Shown: positions 42,543 to 53,823, numbered from the stretch's first letter. The stretch is 64,000 bases of DNA from Patescibacteria group bacterium (GCA_041653675.1 JBAZEY010000006.1:837-64836), one strand, 5' to 3'. The notes: generated by a model not told the origin, from the letters alone. Made by a program: numbers and translations.

Positions 42543-43997
42543 TTTTTCTAACAATAATTCTCCCACTCTCCAAACATCGCCCGCGCCCATGGTTATCACA
42601 ACATCGCCGCTTTTCACTTCTTTAGCTAAAAATTCCGCGGCTTCAGAAATTGTCGGAATATAGAGTGCATCATTGCCCTCTTTTTTTATTGCTTCTACCA
42701 AATCGCGGGAACTTACTCCGCCCGCCACTTCACGCGCCGAACCATAAATATCAATGACAATTATTTTATCTGCCCCGCCAAACGATTTAGAAAAATCTTT
42801 GAGCAACGCTTTTGTTCTTGTAAAAGTGTGCGGATGAAAAACACACCAAATCCGACGGTCTGGATATTTTTGCCGCGCCGCTTCTAGCGTCACGCGAATT
42901 TCCGTCGGATGATGGCCGTAGTCATCAATCACTAAAACTCCGCCAACTTCGCCTTTTATTTCAAACCGCCGCACCGCACCGGAAAATTTTTCTAACGCCT
43001 CGCGGATTTTTTCTAAATCAAAACCTAACTCTTTAGCCGTGGCAATTACCGCCAAGGCGTTGGCCACATTATGATTACCGAGTAACTGAATTTTAAAAAC
43101 CCCGCGCGACTCGCCTTTTTCAAAAACTTCAAATTCTACACCCCCACACCAAAAATTTTGGTGTGGGGGCATGTTCCCGCCATTTTTCTGAATAATATTT
43201 TTCGCCTGCCTCGCCGGCTCGCCTCGCTGAAGCTTGGGCGAAGCGGGTAGGCGGGCCTGCCAATCGCCGGCCGTCAATCCATAGGAAATTATTTTACACT
43301 TTGCCGACTTAGAAATTTCTAAAACATTTTTGTCGTCCGCGCACGCTACCAAAAACCCGTCTGTTGGAATTTTTGCCACAAACTTTCGGAAAGCATCAAT
43401 ATAATCTTCCGGCGTTTTGAAAAAATCAGGGTGATCATATTCCGCGCTTGTTAAAACTATCGCCCGCGGATCAAAATACAAAAACTTATTTTGGTATTCG
43501 TCGGCTTCAATAACGACATGTTCGCCACGACCAGCCCGAGCATTCCCGCCAAGTTGCGGTACAGCCGAACCAACAATCACTGTCGGGTCCGCACCTAATT
43601 CCTGCAAGACAAATCCTAACATTGCTGTTGTCGTAGTTTTTCCGTGTGTGCCAGAAACGGCAATTCCAAAACCTTCTTTCAAAATTTCGCCGAGCACTTC
43701 GGGATAACTCAAAATCGTAACCCCACTCTTCCGCGCCGCCGCCAATTCGGGATTTTCGTCAGTATAGGCCGTGGAATAAATTACCAAGTCCGGTTTTTCT
43801 TTTTCCAAATTCACCACGTCAAAACCCTCATAAAATTTTATTCCGCTTTTTTCCAAAACCTCATCAGTAAAAAACTTCTCATGCGTGTCCGAGCCCGTAA
43901 CTTCCGCCCCGCGCAATTTCAAAACCTGAGCAATGGCTGTCATACCCACGCCCTTGATCCCGATCATATAAATTTTCTTCGCGGTCTTTAAATCCAT
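42534..43997 (-). CDS. murC: UDP-N-acetylmuramate--L-alanine ligase
   Basis: GIKGVGM, GTHGKTTT, EADEY and DDYGHHPTE motifs. Confidence 0.95.
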   Translation of the reverse strand: MDLKTAKKIYMIGIKGVGMTAIAQVLKLRGAEVTGSDTHEKFFTDEVLEKSGIKFYEGFDVVNLEKEKPDLVIYSTAYTDENPELAAARKSGVTILSYPEVLGEILKEGFGIAVSGTHGKTTTTAMLGFVLQELGADPTVIVGSAVPQLGGNARAGRGEHVVIEADEYQNKFLYFDPRAIVLTSAEYDHPDFFKTPEDYIDAFRKFVAKIPTDGFLVACADDKNVLEISKSAKCKIISYGLTAGDWQARLPASPKLQRGEPARQAKNIIQKNGGNMPPHQNFWCGGVEFEVFEKGESRGVFKIQLLGNHNVANALAVIATAKELGFDLEKIREALEKFSGAVRRFEIKGEVGGVLVIDDYGHHPTEIRVTLEAARQKYPDRRIWCVFHPHTFTRTKALLKDFSKSFGGADKIIVIDIYGSAREVAGGVSSRDLVEAIKKEGNDALYIPTISEAAEFLAKEVKSGDVVITMGAGDVWRVGELLLEKLK

Positions 43998-44015
43998 ATT
44001 TGAATTTATATTCTA

Positions 44016-44747
44016 TCACTTTTTCGCGATTGTGACAATATTCCAACCGTTCCAGGAATGTGCCTTTTTTCCCTTTTTTATATAAAAATTTTCCAAAACT
44101 TCAAGCCCCGCTCCTTTGACGAGACGCTTCAATTCCCGTAAAGTAAAAGCATGAACATACCGTTCCGCGAGAACTTCTCCACCCTCATTGCTTTTCCAGG
44201 GAACCGCGGCATCGCCAAAATCTAAATCACTCTTCCTAAATAATTTTAAAAAAATATTTTTTGTTAAGAACGCCAAATATTTTTTTCTAAAAAGCGCCCA
44301 ATTGGTCATAATCAAAAATCCGTTTGGCGCGAGCACTTTGCCAACATTTTCCAAAACTTTTTTCCGCAAATCCTCCGATGGAATATGGTGCAAAGTGGCA
44401 ATCAAAAAGACAACGTCATATTTTTCTCCCTTCCACCAATCCAAATTTGTCACGTCACCCAGTAAAAATTTTCGCGACCCGTTTTCACCCCATCGCTTTT
44501 TAGCAAACTCCAAAAGTTCCGGAGAATTATCAACACCGGTATAATCAATTGACTTTTCTTTCAAAGCCTCGTATAATCTTCCGTTACCACAACCCAAATC
44601 AAGTACACGGTCACCTGGTGCCATACTTTCAGCAAAGTCACGCATTTCATTCCAAAACCTTTGTCTAGTCTGGGAAAAATGCGGCGCGATAACCGCGTAG
44701 TTCTCTTTCACCTTATTTAATATTTTTTTCGCAACTGCTTCTTTCAT
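44016..44747 (-). CDS. Trm9/ALKBH8-like SAM-dependent tRNA methyltransferase
   Basis: YAVIAPHFSQTR..W, DLGCGNG, ATLHH and RYVH, matching the Trm9 motif order. Confidence 0.75.
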   Translation of the reverse strand: MKEAVAKKILNKVKENYAVIAPHFSQTRQRFWNEMRDFAESMAPGDRVLDLGCGNGRLYEALKEKSIDYTGVDNSPELLEFAKKRWGENGSRKFLLGDVTNLDWWKGEKYDVVFLIATLHHIPSEDLRKKVLENVGKVLAPNGFLIMTNWALFRKKYLAFLTKNIFLKLFRKSDLDFGDAAVPWKSNEGGEVLAERYVHAFTLRELKRLVKGAGLEVLENFYIKKGKKAHSWNGWNIVTIAKK

Positions 44748-44750
44748 AAA

Positions 44751-46319
44751 ATGAATACTTTAGAAATCATCACGAGACAACTTATAAAAAATAAGCCCGA
44801 AACCCGCGAAAAACTTGCTGACTTAAAGCGGCAAGCGGCGGGTAAATTTAAATTGGCTTCGCCTCTCTCCGCCGATATTTTTAGAATTTATAAAAAACTT
44901 TTGCGGCAGAAAAAAATTAAACGCGACGAACGGCTGGAATTGCTTTTGAAAAAACGCGAGGTGCGGACAATTTCCGGCGTGGCGCCAATTGCAGTTTTAA
45001 CAAAATTCTATCCTTGCCCCGGCAAATGTTCTTACTGCCCGACTGAAAAAAATATGCCGAAAAGTTATTTGTCCAACGAACCGGCTGTGATGCGCGCCGT
45101 AACTTTTAATTTTGATCCCCAAAAACAAGTTGCCGGACGAATTAAAGTTTTGGAAATGAACGGCCATCCGACCGACAAACTGGAATTAATTGTGATCGGC
45201 GGAACGTGGTCGGTTCTTCCTGACCGCTACCAAAAATGGTTTATTCAAAGATGTTTTGACGGTGCGAATGGCAGGAAATCTTCTTCACTCGCCGCCGCGC
45301 AAAAAACAAATGAAACTGCCGCGCACCGCATTATCGGCATTACTCTTGAAACTCGGCCTGATTATATTACGCCTGGAGAAATTAAACGAATGCGCGAACT
45401 TGGCGCTACAAGAGTAGAACTTGGCGTACAGAGTATTTATAATTCTATCTTACAGCGAAACCGCCGCGGACACAATATTTTAGAAACCATCCGCGCCACA
45501 AAACTCCTGAAAGACGCCGGATTCAAAATCTGCTATCACATGATGCCAAATCTCCCCGGATCAACTTTGGCCAAAGATTTAAAAATGTTTAAGGAAATTT
45601 TTACTAATCCTGATTTCCAGCCGGATATGGTAAAAATCTATCCCTGCGTTGTGACGCGCGGTTCGGAAATTTATAAATGGTGGAGGCAAGGGAAATACAA
45701 ACCGTATTCAGAAAAACAACTTTTAGAATTGCTTATTAAAATTAAAAAAATAATTCCGCCTTACGTCCGTGTGAATCGCTTGATCCGCGACATTCCAAGC
45801 CCGAGCATCGCGGCGGGAAATAAAGTTTCCAATTTGCGGGAAGTCATTGCTAAGGAAATGGCGCGACGCAAACTTTATTGTAAATGCATCCGTTGCCGAG
45901 AAATTGGACACCAAAAAAATCTTAAACATGCTGCTCCAAAATTGTTTATCAAAAAATATAAAGCGTCGGGCGGCGTGGAATATTTTATAAGTTTTGAATC
46001 GCCGGACAAAAAAATTCTCTACGCTTTTGTTCGCCTCAGAATTCCTGATTTTAAAACACCGTCCATTTTGCCGGAGCTAGAAGGCGCGGCGCTCATTCGC
46101 GAACTGCATACTTACGGCCATCTCGTGCCGATTGATAAAAAATCTCCCGGTGCGACGCAGCATCTTGGTCTTGGAAAAAAATTAATGGCCGAGGCGGAAA
46201 AAATTGCGCGAAAATCAAAAATAAAAAAAATGGCTGTTATTTCCGGCATTGGCGTCCGGGCATATTATAAAAAAATCGGATACCACCTCGAAGGAACGTA
46301 CATAGTGAAACCTTTTTAG
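44751..46319 (+). CDS. elp3: Elp3 family tRNA uridine(34) acetyltransferase (radical SAM plus GNAT)
   Basis: RTISGVAP, CPGKCSYCP, ETRPD, ELGVQS, RELHTYG, QHLGLG and ISGIGVRAYY. Confidence 0.93.
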   Translation: MNTLEIITRQLIKNKPETREKLADLKRQAAGKFKLASPLSADIFRIYKKLLRQKKIKRDERLELLLKKREVRTISGVAPIAVLTKFYPCPGKCSYCPTEKNMPKSYLSNEPAVMRAVTFNFDPQKQVAGRIKVLEMNGHPTDKLELIVIGGTWSVLPDRYQKWFIQRCFDGANGRKSSSLAAAQKTNETAAHRIIGITLETRPDYITPGEIKRMRELGATRVELGVQSIYNSILQRNRRGHNILETIRATKLLKDAGFKICYHMMPNLPGSTLAKDLKMFKEIFTNPDFQPDMVKIYPCVVTRGSEIYKWWRQGKYKPYSEKQLLELLIKIKKIIPPYVRVNRLIRDIPSPSIAAGNKVSNLREVIAKEMARRKLYCKCIRCREIGHQKNLKHAAPKLFIKKYKASGGVEYFISFESPDKKILYAFVRLRIPDFKTPSILPELEGAALIRELHTYGHLVPIDKKSPGATQHLGLGKKLMAEAEKIARKSKIKKMAVISGIGVRAYYKKIGYHLEGTYIVKPF

Positions 46320-46328
46320 GTTTTTATT

Positions 46329-46375
46329 CCCTGAGCGAGCGTTAGTGAGTCGAAGGGCCTTCGACAGACTCAGGC
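46329..46375. repeat. REP-like palindromic element
   Basis: CCCTGAGC...GTCGAAGG GCCTTCGAC AGACTCAGG. Confidence 0.7.
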
Positions 46376-46464
46376 CATAAACTTTACCCGCCTTTCTGGC
46401 GGGTTTTTGAAATAAAAAAAGCGAGATCCAGTGATCTCGCAGACTCGTGTTGCCGGAACATGGA

Positions 46465-47094
46465 CTAGCTTGTCCGAGCGGCCTTAGGCGGCGGTTCATG
46501 CGCGTAGCAGTTGGTGCCGCAGAAAGGACACAGTGTAGCTTCTTCGGACGGCTGATCCTTCTGACCCCCGGACCTGGTCTCGTACGCCACGTAGCCGCAC
46601 TCGCAGACCAAGGTGTACTTGTCCAGGAAATCCTGCCCGAGACCGACGTCTTCGGAGTAGCACTCCGCTTCCTCTCCGCACTTCGGACATTTGGGCTTGG
46701 GCTTGGACTTCAACTCCACCTTCTTTTCTTCGGCCATGGTTTCCTCCTTCGTCTGCTCCTCGCAAGGCAAGAGGCCAGCCCGCCCCGCCATCGCAAGGAA
46801 ATTTATCATCTCCTGACAAACAGAACCGCAATATGGTCCAACTCGGCCGTTCTCATCGTAAGCGCCGAGTTCTTCACGAAGACGATGCACATCCTGCTGT
46901 GCGGCGTCCAAGAAGGCCGCCTCTCTCGCCGGCTCCCGCCGCGCCTCGCACATGTACACGTCAAGGCGTGCAATTGAGATGTAAAGGTACAGTGCCACAA
47001 CGGCGTCAATGTTTGGTACCTGGATCGTCTCTCTAACCTTGGTGCCGCAACTTAGAAATGCAGCCGCCAAGGCAACCATGAGGATTTTTTTCAT
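46465..47094 (-). CDS. GC-rich putative lipoprotein with C-terminal zinc-ribbon module
   Basis: AGGAGG SD; MKK...AFLSC lipobox-like signal; CPKC, CEC and CPFC; internal in-frame SD plus ATG at 46737. Confidence 0.65.
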   Translation of the reverse strand: MKKILMVALAAAFLSCGTKVRETIQVPNIDAVVALYLYISIARLDVYMCEARREPAREAAFLDAAQQDVHRLREELGAYDENGRVGPYCGSVCQEMINFLAMAGRAGLLPCEEQTKEETMAEEKKVELKSKPKPKCPKCGEEAECYSEDVGLGQDFLDKYTLVCECGYVAYETRSGGQKDQPSEEATLCPFCGTNCYAHEPPPKAARTS

Positions 47095-47209
47095 CTCTTT
47101 CCTCCTTCAATATATAATCACTCTGAACAAAAAAGTCAAGAATAAAAAAGGGCTTCTGCGATAAGTATTGCAACGCTTGTGCAACACTAAACCGCAAAAG
47201 CCCAACGAC

Positions 47210-47731
47210 TCACGGCCCGCAAAAGAGGCCGTTTGCCCTCGCCTCCAAAAGAAACTTCGTCATCTCCTGGCAGACCGGACCGCAGTAGCAATCGGTCCGG
47301 CCGCGTGCGCGGTAGACGTCGAATTCCTGGCCCAGGCGGTCCACATCGCGCTCGGCGAAGTTACGAATCGCCTGACGGGCGCTCTCCTCCGCCATCGCCG
47401 CCTCGCAGATGCCGACTTCCATACGCTGAGTTTCCAGACTGAGATACTGCCCATGTGTTCCGCCGAGCGTCGGCTCGCAGGCGACTACCTCGACCGTGAC
47501 CGGATCGGTCGGCTCTGGCAGACTTCCTCCGCAGCCGACCAAAATGAGCAGAAGAATCCCGGCCAACGTGCTGGATCCGCCGCCGAAGGCCCAAGCATGT
47601 TCGCTCGGGTCCCAAACGCGCCACGGAACCTTGAGGTAATCGTTGTCGTTCAACAGCCCGCCGATCACCGCCGCGCCGCAGAGCAAAAAGAGAATTCCCA
47701 AGAAAACCGCCGTACTTCCACAGGATTCCAT
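47210..47731 (-). CDS. GC-rich membrane/lipoprotein, paralog of the adjacent gene
   Basis: AGGAGGAGG SD before ATG 47731; YCGPVCQEM motif shared with the neighbour. Confidence 0.65.
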   Translation of the reverse strand: MESCGSTAVFLGILFLLCGAAVIGGLLNDNDYLKVPWRVWDPSEHAWAFGGGSSTLAGILLLILVGCGGSLPEPTDPVTVEVVACEPTLGGTHGQYLSLETQRMEVGICEAAMAEESARQAIRNFAERDVDRLGQEFDVYRARGRTDCYCGPVCQEMTKFLLEARANGLFCGP

Positions 47732-47858
47732 TGTCCTCCTCCTTCTTGCCTCAATCGCCAATTTTAGGCGAATATAAAATTATCCAACATTTTTTGCTTT
47801 TTGTCAAGATTGATGATAAAATGAAACTACTTTTAAAAATATTTTAATTTAAAAACCC

Positions 47859-49139
47859 ATGTCTTTTTTATCAAAATTTGATCCCGAAATCGCGGACGCG
47901 ATTGAAAACGAAATCAACCGCCAACGCTCTGGTTTGGAAATGATCGCTTCGGAAAATATCGTTTCCCGCGCCGTGCTTGAGGCCATGGGCACCCCGCTCA
48001 CTAATAAATATTCCGAAGGCTATCCGGGGAAACGCTATTATGGCGGAAACCAATTTATTGATGTTTCGGAAAATTTGGCGATTGACCGCGCGAAAAAAAT
48101 CTTTGGTGCCGAGCACGCCAACGTCCAACCACATTCCGGCAGCCAAGCCAACGCCGCGGCCTACCTCGCGCTTATAAATCCTGGTGATAAAATTTTGGCC
48201 ATGAATCTCGCGCATGGTGGGCATCTTTCTCATGGCTCGCCGGTAAACTTTTCCGGAAAATTTTATAATGTTGTTTTCTACGGAGTAAATAAAGATACCG
48301 GCCGGATTGATATGGATGAAGTTAGAAAAATCGCCTTGGCAGAAAAACCAAAATTAATTTTGACTGGCGCCTCGGCCTATCCCAGAGAAATTGATTTCGC
48401 CGCTTTCCGAAAAATTGCCGACGAAGTCGGGGCGTATTTAATGGCCGACATTGCCCACATCGCCGGACTAGTCGCCGCAAAAATTCATTCCGACCCAATT
48501 CCCGTTTGCGATGTTGTGACAACTACGACTCATAAAACTCTTCGCGGCCCGCGCGGCGCCCTAATTCTTTCTAAAATCGCCGATCGCCTGCGTCCAGAAG
48601 ATAAAAAAAATCTAGCGCAAAAAATTGATTCCGCCGTTTTCCCGGGAATGCAGGGCGGCCCGCTTGAACATATTATTGCCGCCAAAGCCGTGGCTTTTTT
48701 AGAAGCACTGCAACCGGATTTTATTGAATACCAAAAACAAATTGTGAAAAATGCCAAAGTTTTAGCGGACACACTTTTGGCCGGCGGATTAAAATTAGTT
48801 TCCGGCGGCACGGATAATCATTTGATTTTAATTGACTTAACCGACACCGGACTCGGGGGCAAACAAGTTGAAGACGCGCTGGGCGAAGTGGAAATTTATG
48901 TCAACAAAAACATGATTCCCTACGATACCAGAAAACCACTTGATCCATCCGGCATCCGCCTTGGCACTCCGGCGCTTACCACCCGCGGAATGAAAGAAGA
49001 AGAAATGAAATTGGTCGGCGAGATGATTGTAAAAATTATAAAAAATATTTCCGACGAAAATATAAAAAAAGAAGTCCGCGAAAGCGTTCACGGACTTGTG
49101 ACGAAGTTTCCTCTTTATCCAGGGCTTTCAGTTTTATGA
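47859..49139 (+). CDS. glyA: serine hydroxymethyltransferase
   Basis: [20 protein letters not shown] and [12 protein letters not shown] motifs. Confidence 0.98.
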   Translation: MSFLSKFDPEIADAIENEINRQRSGLEMIASENIVSRAVLEAMGTPLTNKYSEGYPGKRYYGGNQFIDVSENLAIDRAKKIFGAEHANVQPHSGSQANAAAYLALINPGDKILAMNLAHGGHLSHGSPVNFSGKFYNVVFYGVNKDTGRIDMDEVRKIALAEKPKLILTGASAYPREIDFAAFRKIADEVGAYLMADIAHIAGLVAAKIHSDPIPVCDVVTTTTHKTLRGPRGALILSKIADRLRPEDKKNLAQKIDSAVFPGMQGGPLEHIIAAKAVAFLEALQPDFIEYQKQIVKNAKVLADTLLAGGLKLVSGGTDNHLILIDLTDTGLGGKQVEDALGEVEIYVNKNMIPYDTRKPLDPSGIRLGTPALTTRGMKEEEMKLVGEMIVKIIKNISDENIKKEVRESVHGLVTKFPLYPGLSVL

Positions 49140-49954
49140 CACAAATAATCGATGGCAAAAAAATCGCCGCGGAAATCCGCGGAGAAATAAAAAGGGAAAT
49201 TACCGAACTGGGAATCGTTCCCGGATTGGCTGTAATTTTAGTTGGCGCTGATCCGGCCTCGCACCTTTATGTTGGCCTAAAAGAAAAAGCCGCGGCCGAA
49301 GTTGGAATTCATTTTGAAAAATATTTATTCTTTGCCACTGAGCCGGAAGAAAAAATCATCGCGAAAATAGAGGAATTAAACGCCAGACCAGACATTCACG
49401 GAATTATCGTCCAACTTCCCCTACCCCAAGGATATAACGAAAATAAAATAATTGCCGCCATCGATCCCAAAAAAGACGCGGACGGTTTTCATCCGGAAAA
49501 TATTAAAAAACTTATGGCTGGCGAACCGAAAAATATTCCGCCGGTTATCTCGGGAATTTTGAAATTAATTGAATCAACTGGAACCGAACTCACCGGAAAA
49601 AAAATCGCCATATTGGTAAACAGCGAAATTTTAGCAGAACCGTTGGCGAAAATTTTGGAAGGAAACCAAGTGAGCGTGACGATCCGGCCGGAAGATCCCG
49701 CGATGCATACTCACGACGCCGATATTATTGTCACGGCGCTCGGCCGACCCAAAGTCATCACAGCCAACGCGATTAAATCCGGCGCGATTTTAATTGATGT
49801 CGGCACAACACGATTGGAAGATGGCAAAACTGTTGGCGATCTGGACTTCGATTCCGTTGCGGAAAAAGCCGGATGGATTACGCCCGTTCCCGGCGGCGTT
49901 GGACCGATGACTGTCGCAATGCTTTTGCAAAATGTCCTGAACCTCGCAAAATAA
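49136..49954 (+). CDS. folD: methylenetetrahydrofolate dehydrogenase/cyclohydrolase
   Basis: IDGK, VQLPLP, KDADG and [11 protein letters not shown] motifs. Confidence 0.95.
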   Translation: MTQIIDGKKIAAEIRGEIKREITELGIVPGLAVILVGADPASHLYVGLKEKAAAEVGIHFEKYLFFATEPEEKIIAKIEELNARPDIHGIIVQLPLPQGYNENKIIAAIDPKKDADGFHPENIKKLMAGEPKNIPPVISGILKLIESTGTELTGKKIAILVNSEILAEPLAKILEGNQVSVTIRPEDPAMHTHDADIIVTALGRPKVITANAIKSGAILIDVGTTRLEDGKTVGDLDFDSVAEKAGWITPVPGGVGPMTVAMLLQNVLNLAK

Positions 49955-50086
49955 GCGCCGCGGCGGCGCTTGAAATTCCGTCGCTCGCCCCAAATGTCCC
50001 ACAAAATGGGACGCTTGCGGGCTCGCTAGAAATTATAAATTTTCTAAAAAAACACGGCCGTTTTGGAGCCGTGTTTTTTGATTATA

Positions 50087-50527
50087 TTAAATTTTATAGA
50101 GCAGCCAATTTTTTTCCTTAAAATTTACAAGCGCGTAATCCCCTTTTAATTTTTTACCCCGCAACTCAAATTTCATGGCCTTGGCATTTTTCTCTTTCAA
50201 AATAAATTTTCCCTTATCCCAAATTTCCACTTCGCCCGCGCCATACTCTCCCTCGGGAATTTCTCCCTCAAAATCAATATACTCTACCGGATGATCTTCA
50301 ACTTGTACCGCCAGTCTCTTCACTCCCGCAATCTCCGGCGGACCCTTGGGCACTGCCCAAGATTTTAAAACACCATCCATCTCCAAACGAAAATCATAAT
50401 GCAAATGGCTCGCGTGATGTTCTTGAACAACAAACCTGCTTTGGCCGGTTTGTTTAATCTCACCTTTTGGTTCTCGTGTGACGGAAAATTTTCTTTTCGC
50501 CTGATATTTTTTTAAATCCGTAGCCAC
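50087..50527 (-). CDS. stand-alone LigD 3'-phosphoesterase (PE) domain protein
   Basis: [31 protein letters not shown]. Confidence 0.9.
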   Translation of the reverse strand: MATDLKKYQAKRKFSVTREPKGEIKQTGQSRFVVQEHHASHLHYDFRLEMDGVLKSWAVPKGPPEIAGVKRLAVQVEDHPVEYIDFEGEIPEGEYGAGEVEIWDKGKFILKEKNAKAMKFELRGKKLKGDYALVNFKEKNWLLYKI

Positions 50528-50537
50528 AAATTTTTTC

Positions 50538-51674
50538 TTATGATTCGGGATAAATTATTTTATAAATAATTCCCAAAATAAATACAAACGCCACCAAACT
50601 CAACACCCATTCGGAAATTTTAACTTTATATTCCGGCGTTCTCTTCCCTTCTTTTTCCGCCTTAAGCCAAATCAAAATTATCAAAAGTCCCTCAATTCCT
50701 CCGAGCACCGCTCCGGTAAAGCCGATGATTGAAATGAACGACGGCTTGGCCAGAAGAAAAATTATAAACGGCACAGCACAGGCCAAGAGCCAAGACAACC
50801 AGCCATTAATCTTATAATCAAATTTAAAAATCTCCTTTAAGTTAAGACCTAAAACTAGAAAAGAAGTCGCAATGGCCAAAAATCCAAAAATAGCGCCCAA
50901 AACAACTATATTATTCCCAAGCGGCGCAATCAAACCACTGATTGCTTCCGTAGAAGTATTTTCCCCGCTGATCCCAATCACCACGAAAGAAAAAAGAATT
51001 GTAATGGCAACGGGAATTGCCGTACCCCAAATCAAAGCTTTTTTCATTTTCTTTTCTTGGCCGCGCAAAAGATCGCGAATTTCCGGAACAGCCGCCGCGC
51101 CGCCCAGAGCAAAAAGGATTACCCCGTAAGGAAAAAATATCTCTTTCAGATTCATGACATAAAGATTTGGTGACCAAACGTAAGGCAGGCCAAGGGCCAA
51201 AATAACTCCTACGATCGCCAGAAGAAGAATCGTCATGGCAAATTCAATTGATGCCACGAGCTTCAATCCGGCGCCGACAAAAAGCGACATAAAAATAAAA
51301 AATCCAAGCTGGTACATCAAAACCGTTCCGCCCAAAATCGGCCCCAAAAACATGTGTAAAAATTGCCCGCCAATTACAATGTAAGCAATTAACGCGCCAT
51401 AAAAAGAAAAAATCTGCGCCAGAGCCGCCACCATCTTGCCCTTACTACCAAGATATATTTCCGCGTAACCAACCAGCCGATGCTTCCCTTCCGTGCGAAG
51501 CGCTACCTCGCCATAAAGAATATGCACGAGCAGAAGAAGCATGCCTAAAATAAAAATATAAGTAACACCCAAAGCGAAGCCCACTTTTTCCACGGCGTAA
51601 GGCACGCCAAAAAGTCCTACTCCAACAATCATGCCAACCATCATGGCAATAGCATGATAAAAACGTTTGTTCAT
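50538..51674 (-). CDS. aromatic amino acid (HAAAP/TyrP-like) permease
   Basis: [13 protein letters not shown]; about 11 TM segments. Confidence 0.85.
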   Translation of the reverse strand: MNKRFYHAIAMMVGMIVGVGLFGVPYAVEKVGFALGVTYIFILGMLLLLVHILYGEVALRTEGKHRLVGYAEIYLGSKGKMVAALAQIFSFYGALIAYIVIGGQFLHMFLGPILGGTVLMYQLGFFIFMSLFVGAGLKLVASIEFAMTILLLAIVGVILALGLPYVWSPNLYVMNLKEIFFPYGVILFALGGAAAVPEIRDLLRGQEKKMKKALIWGTAIPVAITILFSFVVIGISGENTSTEAISGLIAPLGNNIVVLGAIFGFLAIATSFLVLGLNLKEIFKFDYKINGWLSWLLACAVPFIIFLLAKPSFISIIGFTGAVLGGIEGLLIILIWLKAEKEGKRTPEYKVKISEWVLSLVAFVFILGIIYKIIYPES

Positions 51675-51840
51675 AATTCACTAAAATTAGTTCTAATGGC
51701 TTAAAATATTATAACATAAACAAAATCATAACTCAAAATGGGCCATTTCCCGATAATTAGAGGCGTGGACAAAATGTGCAAAAATCCATTTGCTTTTTTC
51801 CCGCGAATTGTTTAAGATTTAAGAACCTAAATCGCCATCT

Positions 51841-53205
51841 ATGGCTATCGAAAAAATCACTCCGCAAAATATTGAAGCCGAACAATCTCTTTTGGGCTCG
51901 CTTTTAATTGATAAAGATTCAGTTATTCGCGTCGCCGACATTGTCCGAACAGAAGATTTTTATAAAGAAAGCCACGCCGTAATTTACGAAGCGATTTTGG
52001 ATCTTTTTGGCCGGCACGAACCGATTGATATTTTGAGTTTGACTTCAAAGCTTGAAGAGCACGGAAAATTGGAAATGATTGGCGGAAGAAGTTATTTAAT
52101 GACACTCGCAAACGGTGTCCCGACCGCCTCGCACGTTGTCCATTACGCGAACATCGTCCAAAAAAAAGCGACTCTTCGGCGCTTGCTTACTGCCGCAGGA
52201 GAGATTACTGCTCTCGGCTATAACGAGGAAGAAGACGTGGAAGTCGTTTTGGATAAAGCCGAGCAAAAACTTTTTTCCGTTTCCCAAAAATATTTAAAAC
52301 AAATTTTCATCCCGATTAAAAATATTTTGACCGAGGCCTTTGACCGCATTGATGAACTGCATCGGGAAAAAGGAAAACTCCGCGGCCTCACGACCGGCTA
52401 CCACGACTTGGACAACCTCTTGGCCGGACTTCAAAAATCAGATCTTGTGGTTTTAGCCGCAAGGCCTTCCGTCGGTAAAACTTCGCTCGCTTTGGATATC
52501 GCGCGAAATGTCGCCACAAAGGCAAAAGTCCCAGTCGGCATCTTCAGTTTGGAAATGTCTAAAGAACAACTTGTTGACCGCTTGCTTTGTTCCGAAGCCG
52601 GAGTTGATCTTTGGAAAATGCGAACTGGCAAATTATCCGACCGCGACGAAGATGATGATTTTCCGCGCATCGGCCATGCTATGGGAGTTTTATCCGAGGC
52701 CCCAATTTTCATTGATGATTCGGCAACTTCAAATATTATGGAAATCCGGACCAAAGCCCGCCGGCTTCAAATTGAAAATGGTTTGGGTCTTTTGATTATT
52801 GACTATTTGCAATTGATGGAATCCCGTTCCCAAAAAACCGACAACCGCGTTCAGGAAATCGCGGAAATCACGAGATCGCTAAAAGGTATTGCTAGAGAAT
52901 TAAATATCCCCGTGCTTGCCTTGTCTCAATTATCCCGCGCCGTGGAAGCTCGTTCCCCGGCCATCCCGAAACTCGCGGATCTCCGCGAATCGGGATCAAT
53001 CGAACAGGACGCCGACGTGGTTTTGTTTATTTATCGCAAAGCCATGGATCGAAATTTCCGCGAAGTCACGCCTGAAGAAAAAAATATCGCGGAAATCCAC
53101 ATTGCCAAACATAGAAACGGCCCGACCGGCATCGTCAATCTATTTTTTGACGAAAATCGGGTCAGCTTTAAAAATCTGGACCGCCACGCCGAAGATCAGC
53201 AATAA
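51841..53205 (+). CDS. dnaB: replicative DNA helicase
   Basis: AARPSVGKT, IDYLQL, LRESGSIEQDAD and KHRNGP motifs. Confidence 0.98.
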   Translation: MAIEKITPQNIEAEQSLLGSLLIDKDSVIRVADIVRTEDFYKESHAVIYEAILDLFGRHEPIDILSLTSKLEEHGKLEMIGGRSYLMTLANGVPTASHVVHYANIVQKKATLRRLLTAAGEITALGYNEEEDVEVVLDKAEQKLFSVSQKYLKQIFIPIKNILTEAFDRIDELHREKGKLRGLTTGYHDLDNLLAGLQKSDLVVLAARPSVGKTSLALDIARNVATKAKVPVGIFSLEMSKEQLVDRLLCSEAGVDLWKMRTGKLSDRDEDDDFPRIGHAMGVLSEAPIFIDDSATSNIMEIRTKARRLQIENGLGLLIIDYLQLMESRSQKTDNRVQEIAEITRSLKGIARELNIPVLALSQLSRAVEARSPAIPKLADLRESGSIEQDADVVLFIYRKAMDRNFREVTPEEKNIAEIHIAKHRNGPTGIVNLFFDENRVSFKNLDRHAEDQQ

Positions 53206-53211
53206 AAAATA

Positions 53212-53823
53212 ATGTCCAATTTTCCTCCGTCTCTTCAAAATCTAATTGATTATTTTTCCCGCCTGCCGGGCGTCGGACCGAAAACCGCGCTCCGGTTTGT
53301 TTTTTATTTGCTGAAACAACCAAAAATTGACGTCGAAAAATTCGCCGCGGCTCTGGGTGTTCTTAAAAATCAAATGGCCATCTGCCAGGTCTGCCAAAAT
53401 TTTTCTGAAAAAAATCCTTGCGCAATTTGCAGCGACTCCCGACGCGACCATGAAACTATTTGCGTCGTAGCCGAGTATCAAGATTTGCCAGTCATTGAAA
53501 ACACCAACGATTACCACGGTACCTACCATGTTTTGGGCGGAGTTTTAGATCCGCTTCACGGCATCACGCCAGACCAATTGAAAATTAAAGAGCTCGTGGC
53601 GCGCATCCAAAATGGAAATGGAAAAATTAAAGAAATTATTTTGGCGTTGAATCCCGACCTGGAAGGCGAGACAACAATGCTCTATCTCACAAAACTTATA
53701 AAATCTTTTGGCAAAAATATAAAAATCACTCGCCTCGCCCGCGGCCTGCCGATGGGATCTGATCTTGAATACGCCGATGAGGTGACTGTTTCCGACGCGC
53801 TGAAGGGCAGAAAAGAAATGTAA
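53212..53823 (+). CDS. recR: recombination mediator RecR
   Basis: LPGVGPKTA, C4 zinc finger and Toprim motifs. Confidence 0.96.
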   Translation: MSNFPPSLQNLIDYFSRLPGVGPKTALRFVFYLLKQPKIDVEKFAAALGVLKNQMAICQVCQNFSEKNPCAICSDSRRDHETICVVAEYQDLPVIENTNDYHGTYHVLGGVLDPLHGITPDQLKIKELVARIQNGNGKIKEIILALNPDLEGETTMLYLTKLIKSFGKNIKITRLARGLPMGSDLEYADEVTVSDALKGRKEM

